From Perkinsus chesapeaki ATCC PRA-425 (lineage: Eukaryota > Protista > Perkinsozoa), in contig JAAPAO010000050.1 in assembly GCA_013115145.1 (NCBI GenBank), positions 1-64,000 of the forward strand: a DNA stretch of 64,000 nt. Direction: 5' to 3'. Position numbers and translations under genes: made by a program. Below, piece by piece: positions 25,801 through 39,165 of the stretch. The notes under the pieces were generated by a model. The model saw only the letters and a program-made list of their open reading frames with translations. It was not told the origin of the DNA and made no database searches. Each line of letters begins with the position of its first letter. The stretch's first letter is position 1.

Positions 25801-27544
25801 CAGAGAGAGGCGCCATTTCTTGTATGATGTACCATTAACCTGAAGAAAGAAAGAAAGAAGGAAAGGTAATAATAATGCCGGACGAGCATCCCAAAAACTC
25901 TAAATGGATCAAGGTACGATACAAGTTGATGATTATCGTTGCGGTTTTGCCGTCAAACTGCAGCTGCTTGTCGGAATCTAGTCGATGATAATTTGTATAT
26001 TATTCAGTTGCAAACGTCACAATTGGCCAGAAGAAGAGCTTAGTACAATTCTACAGGACATCACAGAGCGAAGAGTGAAGGGGCGAAAGTAGAGGGAAAG
26101 TTGCCCTGTTATGTGATATTGAGTGATATGTTCAGCGATGAACATCAATGCCTGGAAAATGGGTGGAGTAAGTGACAATGATAGAATTTTAACTGAAATA
26201 CGGACGACAAGGCTGCTTGTAGAGTTGACAGGGTAAAAGCGAAGATAAACGAAATGACCGCAACCTATCAGAGGGGAGCGGGAAGACCTACTCAACGATA
26301 CACACCGGAAGAGCCCGTGAATGTCAAGAGAGAAAAAAACGGTAGTTTCAGGGAAAGAAGAAAATTCCAGAAAGAAACAAAAATTACTCTTACCTGTCGG
26401 TGACTCGGTGGTGCTTCTCCATCATCATTCGGCATCAAAGGATTTCTATCATAGAACCAATTAATAACTGGCTCATCCTCATCCTCATCAAGTTGCAATT
26501 GAACGGGTTCAGTGGGCTCAACGTCCATAATATTATCAGCGTAATCTAGGATAGGCTCCTCATCATCAAACGGCGGAAATCGCATTCGCTTGAAATGCCT
26601 TCTATCCCTCTTTTCCCTCCTCATCGCCAGCCACATAGTGCCCCATTGAGCCACATATACCGGCTCAATGACCCTTGGGACGTCAGAGACAAAGGAGATA
26701 GCGCCAGTGTTATGATATACCACATTAACCTCTCTCGCTTGCTCCCAGGGCATAGGCATATTCTCCAACAGCTTGTAGACTGCGTGAGGGACGTACCTAG
26801 TGAAGATAATACTACCAAATTTCCGCCAAATCTCGCCTACTTGAGGGCACCCAAATACACACGTTTGTCGTGTCGGAACTTCTTCTGACTCATATTGCCA
26901 TGATCTTTAATAATCTTACGGATGGTTTCGGGAGGCATATCGGGCTTCTGCTCGGCACCCTGAAAATAGCATCGATGATAACGAAGCCTCATATTCCCAT
27001 TGAGAGTGTTCCAGTACTATTTACGACTGCTAATGTTCTTAACACGTGCAGTTGAATGCAGTCAAGACAATCCCATCCACAGTAGACGATCGTCCTATAT
27101 CTTTACACAATCAGATTTCAGTACGTACGTAAACACTATAATAAGCATTCTAAATAACGCGCGCCACAAAATAGTCACCTAGAGCTTCCGAATTACCAAT
27201 GCGCCACCAGCTTGAGCTCCTCCGAATCTTCGCTTATCAGAATATCGTTTCTGGTTCAACGCCTGCCACTTTCGGGCCTTCTCGTCCATAATATCTTCTC
27301 GGCTTTTACCGGCCGGCACAACCCCTTGCATCGGAACCGGCGCTCCATTTGGCAGAGTCGATCCCATCATAGGGGGAGGTGGAGGCGGCATGGGGAATCC
27401 TGAAAGATATTTTTGAGGGAAAACAGCAAAGATATTTTTGAGGTTAGATTGAGGTCAAGTACCTGGAGGAGGAGGCATCATGCCGGGTGGTGGTGGAGGC
27501 ATCATCCCCGGCGGGGGAACAGGGGGCTGTCTCCCGGGGTCCAT
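16814..27544 (-). CDS. PRP8: Pre-mRNA splicing factor PRP8 (U5 snRNP 220 kDa), multi-exon
   Basis: Hallmark sequences: [88 protein letters not shown] and C-terminal Jab1/[12 protein letters not shown]. The introns traced are GT-AG. Start MDPGRQPP at 27544, stop TAG at 16814. Confidence 0.98.
20670..20742 (-). pseudogene. Degenerate tRNA-like sequence (tRNA-Gln-like body, CCC at anticodon position) inside a PRP8 intron
   Basis: Minus strand TGGTGTAGCTGGTCAGTACGCTGGACTCCCGATCTGACCACCCAGGTTCGAATCCCGGCAGGGTT has an A-box-like and a perfect B-box at tRNA spacing. Acceptor and anticodon stems pair poorly. It lies in intron 20501-20922. Confidence 0.6.
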
Positions 27545-27880
27545 AACAGCTCAAATACTGCAAAAATATCTTAGCTTCATGCGTGCACATACCACCTCAA
27601 CCTCAAAATATCTTTCCGAGCCCACTACTCTTACTGTTTCATCAAATAATCAAATTCTAAATCCCAGATAATCGATTCCACACCGGACTTTTACATGCAA
27701 AATATGGCTCTATAATCGATTAATGACTGTACAGTTTATTTATTTTAAAGGGAGACCTACTATATCTAAATAGAGGCCCTTCCAACGCCGTGTTAAAGGA
27801 TTTCCAAAAAGCGCGCGCCATCGTAATCGATATATTTCGGCCGTCTGATCATCATTTCTCCAGTGAACAGTTTACATGTA
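27545..27880. promoter_or_regulatory. Short divergent intergenic region between PRP8 and the EF-hand gene (putative bidirectional promoter)
   Basis: Head-to-head starts about 340 bp apart; function is inferred from arrangement only. Confidence 0.4.
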
Positions 27881-30800
27881 ATGAAGGGAGGCCTCACGGC
27901 TACACGAAAGAGGTTGGATGAGGTAATAAAGTCACTCGCCAGGAAATTACCCGGTATTGAAGGTACCTAGCAAATATCTTTCGGAAGCGAGTCGGAAGCC
28001 TGAGAAAACACTTAGCGTCCGAGAGGTAAGATATATTCGCTTCTATCCGATTTAGATTCAATTCCATATTTTGATTATAATTGCTTCGTTCTTCTATTGT
28101 TTATGGTTCAAAACTTTTCGCACTCCCTCGCACATTAAATGGCTTTATAACGAAAATTTCAGTATAAATTTTGACACAATAGCATACCTTGTAAAATTCC
28201 TTAATTTCTTTTTTATCAAGTTCTCTCGATTAATTACTAATTATTCGTCATTTCCATGCCACTCTACTGTGTCTCCTCGAACATGCTTCAAAACGATCTC
28301 GTTCTAGTGGATTTTGTTAATGATAGTAAACGTACATTGATTGTATTTCACAGTGAATTTTTTCGGTATTCCTTCCGGAATGAGTTTGGGCGAGTTGTTC
28401 AATAAATTGATTCCGTTGCGTAATTTCACCACGAGTTGTTCGCCGCTTTGACTCATCGATTTCGATACAAAAACCGCTTTTTCTATCAGATTCGTCGGTC
28501 TGTGCTTGAGTACGGGTCAGAGGTAAACGGCAAAAGTCTGACCAAGCAAGAGAGGCACAGGATCAAGGGAGCTTTCAAAAGTCTGGATCTCGACGAAGAC
28601 GGTTTCCTTTCCGATGAGGACTTAGCCATGTCCATGAAGGCGGACGGCATTAAGGTAGTAGTTTTGGAATCGTATTGCCTTAGTATATCTCGATTACTAG
28701 TAGCAAGTGTCAGTTGTCGATGCCGAGGAGGTGGTGTTCGCGTAGCACCGTCAGATGCTGCTAGAATGGATGCATACCTTTCCGTACAGCAATTTATTTC
28801 TTGCGAAAGTCGGACTGCAATACGAATGCAATTCTATGAAGCCAGATGGCTCCTTGATTAGTCTGTGTGCTGTCTTCACAACCTCGCAGACGCCAGCAAG
28901 TCAACCTCGCGAGAATCTTTAGGTTAACGATAAAGCTCTGCTCGATATGATGTGGGAGGCATCAGAGATTCACCCAGTGTCAACAATCGACCTCGATTTG
29001 AATCTTAAGAAGCCGAAGCTCTCATTACGGGATGTACAGCTCCTGTAAGTCTCTTTTGCCGCGAATGACAACTGTTTTTTGACAGGTTCGTTCGAGGGAA
29101 AAATGACAAGTCCGGTCGGCAGCCAAAGCGGCTGTATGTGTATATTTTATACCGAGTTATGGATCCTAAGGCCCTCACCTACGCTAGGCGATCATCGAGG
29201 CGATTTGCTGGAAGGATGAAGAAAGGATTACAGAGGTAACAAGGAGAACGTTACAACTGAACCCAGCGGGAGAAACTATTTTTTATATGTGTCGAGAAAG
29301 AGGATATCTGCTTGTGGTAGACTTCCCGGAAGGAAGCAAAAGCCTTTGTCAAAGTTCTTGTCGACCTTTTTCAACCCACCAACATTATAGGGCTCATTTT
29401 CGTAAGGTTCTATTAGTAAATAATAGAGCCTCCTCGGGTGCTTAGTTTCCACCGAGTTCATTTTTGCATATCAGAGATCAAGTCTTGGCTGCAGCTGCAC
29501 TATCGGGGTTGTCGAGGCGGCAAACTAAAGCCAGCAAACTTACCGGTGATGATGTATTCTCATTTTTGTATCCGATAATGTCAACGGAAGATTTACACAG
29601 GTAGGGAGGGGGCAAAAGATACTCGCCAGGTTGATTGACGAACCTACTTGTGGAGTGGTGGAGCTTAGTTCTATGTCTCGTATTAATTAACGTTTTGGGT
29701 ATTCATGGCGCCTTCCAGCAGTATGACTCCTTCGAAGGGTTTATTGCTTTATCGTTGAGACTCAAAGGCGGTTCGTGCTTAAAAAGTCGAGTTGGCTTTT
29801 GTGATCGAGGATTCCTCATCTTTTTCACAAGTAGTCATCTGTCATCTCATAAGCTTGTTGATTGAGTCAACGAAGTCGTAAAAATGGGCATAATTTTACT
29901 CTCCCATATCAGTAGTCGACGTTTTCGTTCACCTTTTCCTCAGGTACATGACAAGGCTTTTCCCGAATCACCTTCGAGACGTCGTCACCTTCGACACATC
30001 CAAATCAAATGAAGCAGCAGTAGCAGCAGCAGCACCCGGAGTTGACGAGTACCTTCGTGTCGGCTCTTTGACGTTAGCTCACTTTCATGATCGTCGTTCG
30101 CTTCGTGACTTATCGTCTAGAAGTTATCAGAACTCCACTTCTGCCATTCTGTACTATTAAATTATGTATGTTAATACCATCCCATTAATTATCTCTGCTA
30201 CTGTACTTTGCTCCACAGTTTTTCAAGTGTAGATAGTATAGTAGATGATTCGTACTGCAGCAGTGGTCTTTTTAAGTCGTCAAGCTGACAACTTATCAAC
30301 TTGTACTTGGCGCTTTCTTTTTATACCATATTTCTCTCCAATCTTGATTGAACGTACTTCAGGGATGACTTTATAACAGCAAGCCATTTCGTGCAGCTCT
30401 TCAAGTCTCGCCTGTGGAACAGATGCGGCCTCAACTTGGCAGATCGTCGTCATCAACGGCCGCCGATACCAGTAAAGCTCATACCGACATTTCCTCAAAT
30501 CCATTATCTTTCCACAGGTACCCCCGAGAAGGATAACTGCTCGGGAGAAGTATCGCGAGTACTGCGCTGAAATAAGGCAATTTGACCACGAGGAGCGGCT
30601 GCTAGCTCATCTCAATGTGCGTGCGCATGCGTGCAGAACTTGCACAATCAAGTTGAGCTTCTTGTCTATAAGATAAAACCGCCACCGCCGTTAGAAGCAA
30701 TTGAGTCACATGGTAGACGGAACACCATTGAGGAAGAATCTAAGGTTGAAGCGTGTATCTCGTATCCGAGCTTAACTCGGGTATTTTAGATACTTTCCGC

Positions 30801-32056
30801 GACAGAAGCCGCGCAGCCAAATAGTGGTAAGCAGTTTCCTATTGGAGTTGTTCAATAACACAATATGATTGATTCTTTGTATCACAACTAACCTTTTTAT
30901 TTACCTTTTGTGCACTAATTTAGGAGGCTACGGCGACTTAGTACATAGTCTGCCAGTGAGTTATCAAACCCACTAGTAAAGTGTTATATAAGCGAGTACT
31001 GATTGTTTCTGCTTCAAAACTTTCAATGTACTCTCACAGATCCACTTGTGTGAAACATTTTTCCATCTCAAATGTTGTTTTATAATTGTTGGAGTTTCAT
31101 TGTTTTTCAGGCGCGCAAGAATATTCCAAGCCTAAGGTGAAGATCACAGTTGAGGGAGAGAATCTTAATACAGCTCCTATTGTCCGGTAAGTTACTTGCT
31201 TCGCTCCGCTGTACCAGTATAACATTTTTCAGGATGATACGACGCCTCGCTGCAAAGCACCACATAAGTCTGGGTGAAATGGAGCACATTCATAATGAGT
31301 TTGCTAAGTATGATGCTGACCAGAGCGGCACCATCTCAAAAGAGGGTAGCAGCGGCGAGAGCGGTATGAGATTGAAGTTCACCTTTCAGAGTTCCTTGCG
31401 TTACTGAAGAAGGTTCTTCGAGTGTCCGGCGATGGTGTCGATGAGGCCAGACTTGATCGAGCATGGCAGAATGTCCGGTCCAAGCGGAAGGAAGAGGCAT
31501 CTTTGGAAGATTTCACCATATGGTGACGGATTTCTAGTGTTAGCACATCGTTCTTGACTAAAGCTCCTTTAAGGAGCCTTCTTAACTATCTACGACGAGT
31601 GCCATCGATATTGTTCCCGTATTAGTATTAATAAGTAATCGACGTGATCTTATTTTTCATTTTTTCATATTTACGGGGTTAACGAAATTTTCCCACATAA
31701 ATTTTCCCAATCAGGTACAAAACGCACTTCAAGACGGCGTCCGGTGTTGCGAAGAATGAAGGCATGGACCAAGTCCTGGGGCTCACCATGCGATCAGCTT
31801 GGACCCACGATAACGCTATTGATGTCGCTCACTGGTATATGCAATGATTACTTGTGGGAAATATGGTATTATTTAGGCACCAAAATAGTCAGCCAGCGAG
31901 GGCTTCACTACGCAAGGTAACACTACTGGTATTCATTTATACCATATTTCTCTCTAATCTCAGCCCAGTAGCCCCCAACATGCCTCTAAAAGCTTTGTAA
32001 TGCGCCGACGTGACGCAGCTGTGATGAGGCAGTCTGGTGGTCGCCTCGATAGCTAG
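27881..32056 (+). CDS. EF-hand calcium-binding protein, many small exons
   Basis: Canonical EF loops DLDEDGFLSDED (about 28585) and DADQSGTISKE (about 31310). Proposed first exon MKGGLTATRKRLDE. Last exons FTIW-YKTHF...GGRLDS stop at 32056. Middle exons only partly traced. Confidence 0.65.
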
Positions 32057-32479
32057 TAGCATTCATGACTCCTGTTCCTCATGTTGTTCACATTTGACCG
32101 GCTTGAGTTGGGGGGCACATTTTTTCCTATCTTTGTTTTAACGGGAATAGGTTTTTTCATCACTTTATTTCATATAATATAAAATATAAATTATATTTGC
32201 TTCTTAATGCTCTAATGAAATTATTATTATTATCAACTTGATATTATTGTTGATAACGTTCTTAATAATCATTAGTATCCACAACCGGCTGTTACTACCA
32301 ATGATATCTATTAGTAATTGTACTAAGATATTATGATAGGCTATAACTAATAATTTTCGCTGATGTCGTATTATTCAACTTTTATCATTTATCATCTCCT
32401 TTATCGTCAGGCATTCCACATCTAGATTGAATGCTCCTTGTTATATCTCCCTATTTGTTGTAGCCCTCTTATTTTCATT

Positions 32480-35400
32480 ATGATGTTCCGCGGTATCGGC
32501 AAGAAGGCTGTCTGGGGAGTAGCTCGACGACCACCAGTCACCACTACTGTGGCTACAAGAATTCATCAGAGGCCTCCAACGATGGTCGATCAAGGGTTCG
32601 AACCTGCGCCTCTCTCTTCGGTACGGTGGCTCTCAGATACCTGTCGAAGGCCTTCTGCTCCTCGTCTGCTAATCTAGGTGCTCCCAAGCTCGGGGAACTG
32701 GACCCGGCTGCCCCCAACTTTCATAATTCACTAAAAGAAGTACGGTGCGCATGCGTGCAAATCTCATACCGACTTTTCCTCTAATAGGTCTTAAATCAGA
32801 GTGATCAAGTCTCCTCTCTTCCACTTGCTGATCGTCTCCAACTGCTCACCGCCATAGTTCAGCACGGCAAATATGATGCATCCTCACCTGAGATCAAACA
32901 GCTGCTCGACAGTAAGCCCGAATCACCATGAACTATTTCATTGGTCTATCTTTATCTTGCAGTAGTTGTTGTAGCTTTCAATTTTACTACTAGCAGTGGC
33001 GAGGGAGTCAACGTGGAACAAGTCCGGGTGGGCTGATTTTCCTTTCCAGTACTTCTCGTTCTTGGAACGTGTGTTTCAAGAGTCCAAATCTTCATTCTAT
33101 GTTTACAGTGGGAACTCTTTCCGATCCCACAGGCGAGCTGGCCCCCTCAAGCCGGTTATCTCCTAGTTTTATTCCTCTAATATTTTTCATATACCTTTTT
33201 CGCAGGTACAGTGTCAGAGGCTCGTGATGGTTCATTGACCACGTCGGAGGACCTGCTACATCTCTCCTGGGTTCTCTGTGGTCTAAAGCAAAAGGACGCT
33301 CTACGTAGCCTCCTGCCCGTTATTAAACGTAAGTCTATTACTTCCTACTAGTCGCTTCATCCCATGCTCCGCTTTCCGATGCGGCTTATACCAGCAGATC
33401 TTACTGAGGACTTACTATAACTCGGGATGGTAATTTCTGTACTCGATATCACACTTTTCTACGAAAATGTTATTATTTGTCTCATCTTTTCCGCATAATT
33501 AATAGTGATACGGCATCGGCTTACTCCAGACTATCTCTGCTCCCTTTCCGTCCGGCTGTGTAACCGGGTCGCGAGCTTTGAGGGTCTAACATACTTGTAT
33601 CTAGTTTGCCAACGTTCCTCGTACTGTGGCTCATACTTTCAAAGTCCGTCTATCCACCAATAATACTGTCCAACTTTTATAGGTAATATTCAAGAGCCAG
33701 AACTACTTGCCTATGTCATGCATTATCTACGCATGTCGGATGCTAAGGGTGAACTGGCAACCCATGGTGAGTGTCTGTTATACTAGTATTACTACATACC
33801 GACTTTTCCTCAGATTTCCGCACCATTGACCCTCTAGTGTCCCTCTGCACCGCCCAGCTGGATCAGCTTAGTGACGCTGGTGTTCGACTGCTCCTTGGCG
33901 AGCTGGCTGCGTGCAACTTCGCCACAAAAGCCGGTAGAGAATTTTTGGAGAGGTGAGGGGCTCTCGTTTGATAGGAACGTTAGTGGCAATTGGCGTATTA
34001 ATATATTCTTATTGGTAAAATTCATCGTATCTTATAATTCAATGGATAGTATATATGGAATATTGCTATTCACTACTAGTGAACTTCTTATATAGTAAGT
34101 TGTTGCTATGAAACTATTTTACTTGATTTATAATATTTATATTACATTCGTTCCTATAGTACCTATGGCGACTTAGACCGTCATCCGATGCCGCCTTACC
34201 TTTATTCGAACATCTCAACTATTTCTGCATATTGCTTTCTTAGGACAACACCTTCACTCGCCTCGGGTCTCTCCCCTCGTCTGACCGAGCTTGATCAGCC
34301 TTCCATTACCGTCCTCGGCGCCTTGACCGCGGCTGCCAAACCCGTCACTGATGAAGAGACGGCAGCTGTCGAAGCCATCAGCTCGGCTGCTGTTTCCGCC
34401 GACCTGACCGACTTAACGTTTTCAACTTTAATTGGGTGCCTTAAGATAAGCGAGATCACTGGTTGTCGGGGTCAGCTCGCCCTCAAGCTCTACGATCGCG
34501 CTTTGGAGCTCTCCAAGGAGGCCACCTATGAGCAGGCAGTCGCAATGGCACCGGAAGTCTGCGGCAAGGAATGGCCAAAACCCGGCCGAGAGGCGATGGT
34601 TCAGAACTGCATGGCGGTCATGAAGAAGGAACTCATCGACGGCTTTATCAACTTGGACGGTCGATTGCCAGACTTGGCCCTCTTGTCCGAGCTTCTGTGG
34701 ATCTCTGGTCGCCGTGACCGCGTGACGCTTAAGAGGATATCGGACAGAGTTAGCCGGCCAGAGATCAAAGAGCAGGCCATCGCTCAGGGCTTGGCGCCGT
34801 TCGATTCCGCTGGTCATGCCGGTATCACTTCGATCATGAAGGCCTTCACAACGCATGCGTTCTGGCATCCGGGCACAGTAGAGGTCATCAATGAAGTGCT
34901 GACGAGTCCAAACTGCTGGAGCAAGCTCCGGGACAATCGCACACAAATGGCTCATCAAACCGCGCTGTAAGTCTCCTCAATTCCCGCAATCCATGGCCCT
35001 TCCCGCAGGTATCTTTTGGGCACGCAATATTACAACGAGGAGGTTATGCGTCCGATGGTTGATGACGTCACTAGAAGTGTCGCAGCCTGCGGATTTTTCG
35101 GCGGTCAAGGTCGCTTCGTCTACTACGGCGCCATCACCTTCGTAGGATTCTTCGTCTTACCAGTTCTACTTTTCTTCATTCAGGCCCTAGGAGAACTCGG
35201 TTACCGTCATGAAGGTTTCGTCAATGCCGTTTACGAGTCTGTTCGTGACTGCTTCTCCCGTGGCCAGTGGGACAGCTTCTTCAACGGCGACGCACGCTTC
35301 GAAGATCAACGTTTGCAGGCCATCATTCACACACTCTACGGACTCACTCTACTCGGGTAGGAGTCATTCTCTCTTGTATGTTTTTCGTGAAAACCGACAC

Positions 35401-37049
35401 TGCAGAGTGTCGGTTTCAGGTTGAGTGATTACTTCATCTTCACGCTACTAAATATCACCGTCGAATGTATTGTAATATTAATCCTTCAGTTCATCTCTCT
35501 GACTACAGTTGTCATTCTCGCCTTGCTCCTGATACTCACGCTGTACTACGAGTTCTCCAATGAGATTAGCTAGTACCGAGAAAGTCTGGGAAATTACGAT
35601 TGCGTCCGCCTGTGATGGATGAGAGTATTTGTATGAGTTATGTATTTTCCTGTCTGTTCTTCAATTCGTTAGTTTTCCAAAACGCTGGAAAATTTTACAA
35701 AAAGTTCTTATCATATCAGCAGCCGTTTCGATATTATAATCTTTCCTACCATTTCAGAGAGTACACCCGGTCAGACTGGAATCTAATACTCGACGGTTTC
35801 TTCGGTATGGACGGCCTCGAGAATTGGATATACGACCCTTCCACCTTCAAGTATCGTCAAGTGGTCCTGATCGCTCAAACAGCAGATGAAGAGACCATGC
35901 AGAAGCTTTCTCCGAAGGTGAGGGGTACTGCGGCGGATATAAGTGTACTTCTGCAAATCTGCGACGGAAATCGACGGAATTCTTAAACCGATTGTAGATG
36001 TAATGCGTGCTCAGGCGAGATGTGCTCTTGAGAGTATTCGATCAAACTTCAGCAGCTTCGATAGAAATGGTGATAATGAAGAGTCCAGAAGGTAAGATAA
36101 TAATACCGTATTTCCGCCAGGTAATGTGTCGTTAGATCCCGTGAAGTAGCCGAATTTGCTGAACGTGTGAAGAAGGCCTGTCCGAATATCATCTCAGCGA
36201 CCGGCGTTGAGGTTGGCATGTACCGTGTCGACATGCGTTTTACCATACCAAAGGAGACTGCTGCCGAGCTACTAGAAGGAGAAGGTAAGTTGACCTGTCA
36301 AAATTGGAGAGAAGATCCTTGATTAGGAGCCGAGCTGGATTGTGATTTTACTGTTGGTGTGCCTTATCGTTCTAGGACGCAATTGCTCCGCAACTCGAAG
36401 GGAGAGTTTCAGTACTCTAAAGGATCTGCCAAGTAAGCGGCCGTCGAATAATCCGATATCGTTATTGGGACACATGCGGCAAACAAGCGATGATGAAAAA
36501 ACGAGAAGAATTCTTGTATGATGCATTCGATCTGAAATTCACGGAAAATTTCGGCCCTGGAAGTCTAAGGGGAGCATCAGACGCTCGGGGAAGGATTCCA
36601 CGGGTTTCGTCAGGAGGCTCTTTCACTGCAGAAAATACACAAATCGCGTTTAAAAGACGTTTTGAAGATCGATGAGGTCCGCCTTAGGTTAGGAAACGAG
36701 TAAAGTTGTGCGCTCGAGCCTCTAATTGACTCGTCTTTTGTAGGTTCAGCGATGCTCAAGTATCGAGATATTCTGGCTGGGATGCCGTCTATCCCGTTAC
36801 TGAGTTTGAAGCCGCTGAGATGGCTGCCAGTCCGAGTGATGACCTTATCAACAGCTGGCTCAAGGACTTGACCAACACCGCTGTGTGGAGAAAATCTCCT
36901 TCGAAGATGCTACGGCCATCCCACCCGAAGGGAAGTCGGAGGCCCCTCATGAGACAGAGCGAGTGACGGAGCGTGCGGCCCCGCTGCCTCCGATGCCTCC
37001 TAGAAGGGTGGTTACTCCCCCACCTCCTCCTCCACCACCGAGGCATTGA
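32480..37049 (+). CDS. Probable mitochondrion-targeted helical-repeat/RAP-domain RNA-binding protein; 3' end appears frameshifted
   Basis: Arg-rich N-terminus MFRGIGKKAVWGVARR, long helical exon 34188-34970, RAP-like VEVGMYRVDM (about 36205), DSTGSAMLKYRDIL and GWDAVYPVTEFE...SWLKDL, and a CCN-codon polyproline tail ending TGA at 37049. Confidence 0.5.
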
Positions 37050-37621
37050 GTCATGCTATTCAACTTCTCAACTTGTCTTTATTAATTATCTGTAGAAAAC
37101 ACACCATAGAGCTTCTGTCGTTTCTGAAAGAGAGATGAGAGGTTTCAGTATTGTCAACAACTGTCTTGCTTTTGTTACAGTTTCAAGAATAACATCCTGG
37201 CCCGCTGCGGTAAGTCAGGCTTAGTGAGCTCACTTGCTCACCGACAACTGACTAGGCTCCTCCCCCAGTAGAAGTATTCGAGGGGTCCGCCATCAACCCC
37301 CAGAGGTCATGTTATGTGACGGTCGTACTTTGTGACTTACGCGATGTCACCACTTTAGCATCAGCAAGTCGGTTCTTGATTCACCGACTCGGTAACTTGA
37401 TTGAAGAAAGCTTCGCTGTGCTTCCATCGTAACCTTCGTCGAAGACGAGGACATTTAGTCTACCCCTGACGATTTTCAGTAACGTTAACGAATCCTTCGA
37501 ACTCGAAACGTGATCCGCACATTACTGATCACGCTCGAAGCATATACTTCCGCGCGAATGGGGGCTGGTCATTACTATGTGTAGAGAGACATTATGGGCC
37601 GATGGTATTTCGTAACAAACT

Positions 37622-38046
37622 TGTAGCCACAGCGGGAGCAAGCCACTCGTTTTCTGGTGCAAACCCAACAGTCGGGACATTAGACGAAGAAGGATTAACC
37701 ATCAGAAAATGTCAGAAAACGGGCACGAGACAATCACACCTACTCGACTGAGCTCATGAAAAGCCTCAAAAAGTAGTACTACTTAAGCGAAAATCATCCT
37801 GCGGGAGTTACTTCATCCAAGACGCGTGTTCCTGCCGGAACGACGCGGTGGGCAAACGTTTCTCAGCACCGGCCAGTGTGAAGGGAAGCATCGAAATACC
37901 AAAGTTAAGAAAAGTATAGCTATCAGCCAAAAAGATGGAGCATCCGCGTCGCAAGGACACGTACAGGGTAGAGAAGCAACGAGGTTCGGCGTCTCAAGCT
38001 CAGTTTAGAGCGCGGAGTGCGAGCCAGCCAACCCCCTCTGGCTGCA
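37622..38046 (+). mobile_element. Solo-LTR- or MITE-like element, copy 1 (425 bp, TG...CA, imperfect 15-bp terminal inverted repeats, AACT direct repeat on both flanks)
   Basis: Starts TGTAGCCACAGCGGG; the reverse complement of the end is TGCAGCCAGAGGGGG (12/15). AACT at 37618-37621 and 38047-38050. Highly similar to copy 2. Confidence 0.65.
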
Positions 38047-38670
38047 AACTGGGAGGACTTCCAGAGTAAGGGTAGTGTCAACATCACTGAAATTTGCCAT
38101 GACCGAAGAGACTTGATGTTCAAGGGTGTGCCACGACTACAGGAAGACGGCAGTAATCCCTACGAGGCCACGGAGAAGACGAGTACAAGTCGTTTAGTGC
38201 GGCCGGAAGTTCGATACTCATTCCTCGCCATGTGAGACGCGTGGCGTGCGTTCACGTGGATCCGCCCGCTACCCACTCCACTGTTTGATGACTTTAACTC
38301 CCAGTTTGAAACAGTGAACCTTTTACTGATCGGTTCCCTGAGCTCCAATAACTGTTTAGCGAGTGAAAATACTTTGGAACTCGCCAACACCCCACAAGGG
38401 TGAACCTTATTCTGCGTACAAGCGCAACGTGCGAAATGAACCTATAGCGAATAAAGCAGCTATGCTAGCAGTGGCAGGCCCACACAGGTAGCGGACGCCC
38501 GCGACACGCGTTTGTCGCACGCGGTGACATGACGCCTCGGTGACGCCACTTCCGCAGTCTCCTTTTGTAGCCGTTCTCTTAAGCTTTTATCCGCAACCCT
38601 TCGGTTGTTGTGTTCGGGCATCCAACTCTAGCTAATTCCGCTAGCTCGCAATAGTTTGATACCTAAGAAC

Positions 38671-39165
38671 ATGATTCGTCCGATCTCCTGCGTCTTACTC
38701 TGGCTGCACGTCGTCTGGGCTCAGCAGTGTAAGAGACCTGATGCCTTTTACAAATATGAAGGTGAAGTGGCGCATGGACATCCGTTGTGTTACACAACGG
38801 GATGAGGCATACACAACTTGTGTATCGAGGTGGATTGGTCGGCCTTCAACTGTCAAGGTGTCGTTGTGGCCGTTGCTAGGTGCCTCATTCCGAGGCGCGG
38901 TGCCCTAGGCTGGTTGCACCTCCGAGAAAGCAGGTATAATCACTATGAACTCAAAAATGACGCATCAAGCAAAAGTGGTTACGATTTCTTGATCAATCGA
39001 ACGGCGAGGCTTTGTTCGGCACCACTATATTTTGGTACTGGGGATCTCACCGAGTTCGAATATGATCAGAAAAGGGGTGTGTTGGTTACCACTATTAACA
39101 ACACTTCACATACTATGATTGCTGGTAGATGCCCCAAGTGGCCTTCTCCTAATGAGGAGGTATGA
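38671..39165 (+). CDS. Secreted cysteine-containing protein interrupted by one in-frame TGA (pseudogene, readthrough or unusual intron)
   Basis: Signal peptide MIRPISCVLLWLHVVWA. TGA at 38803-38805 (codon 45) is in frame with ORF 38818-39165. Confidence 0.5.
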
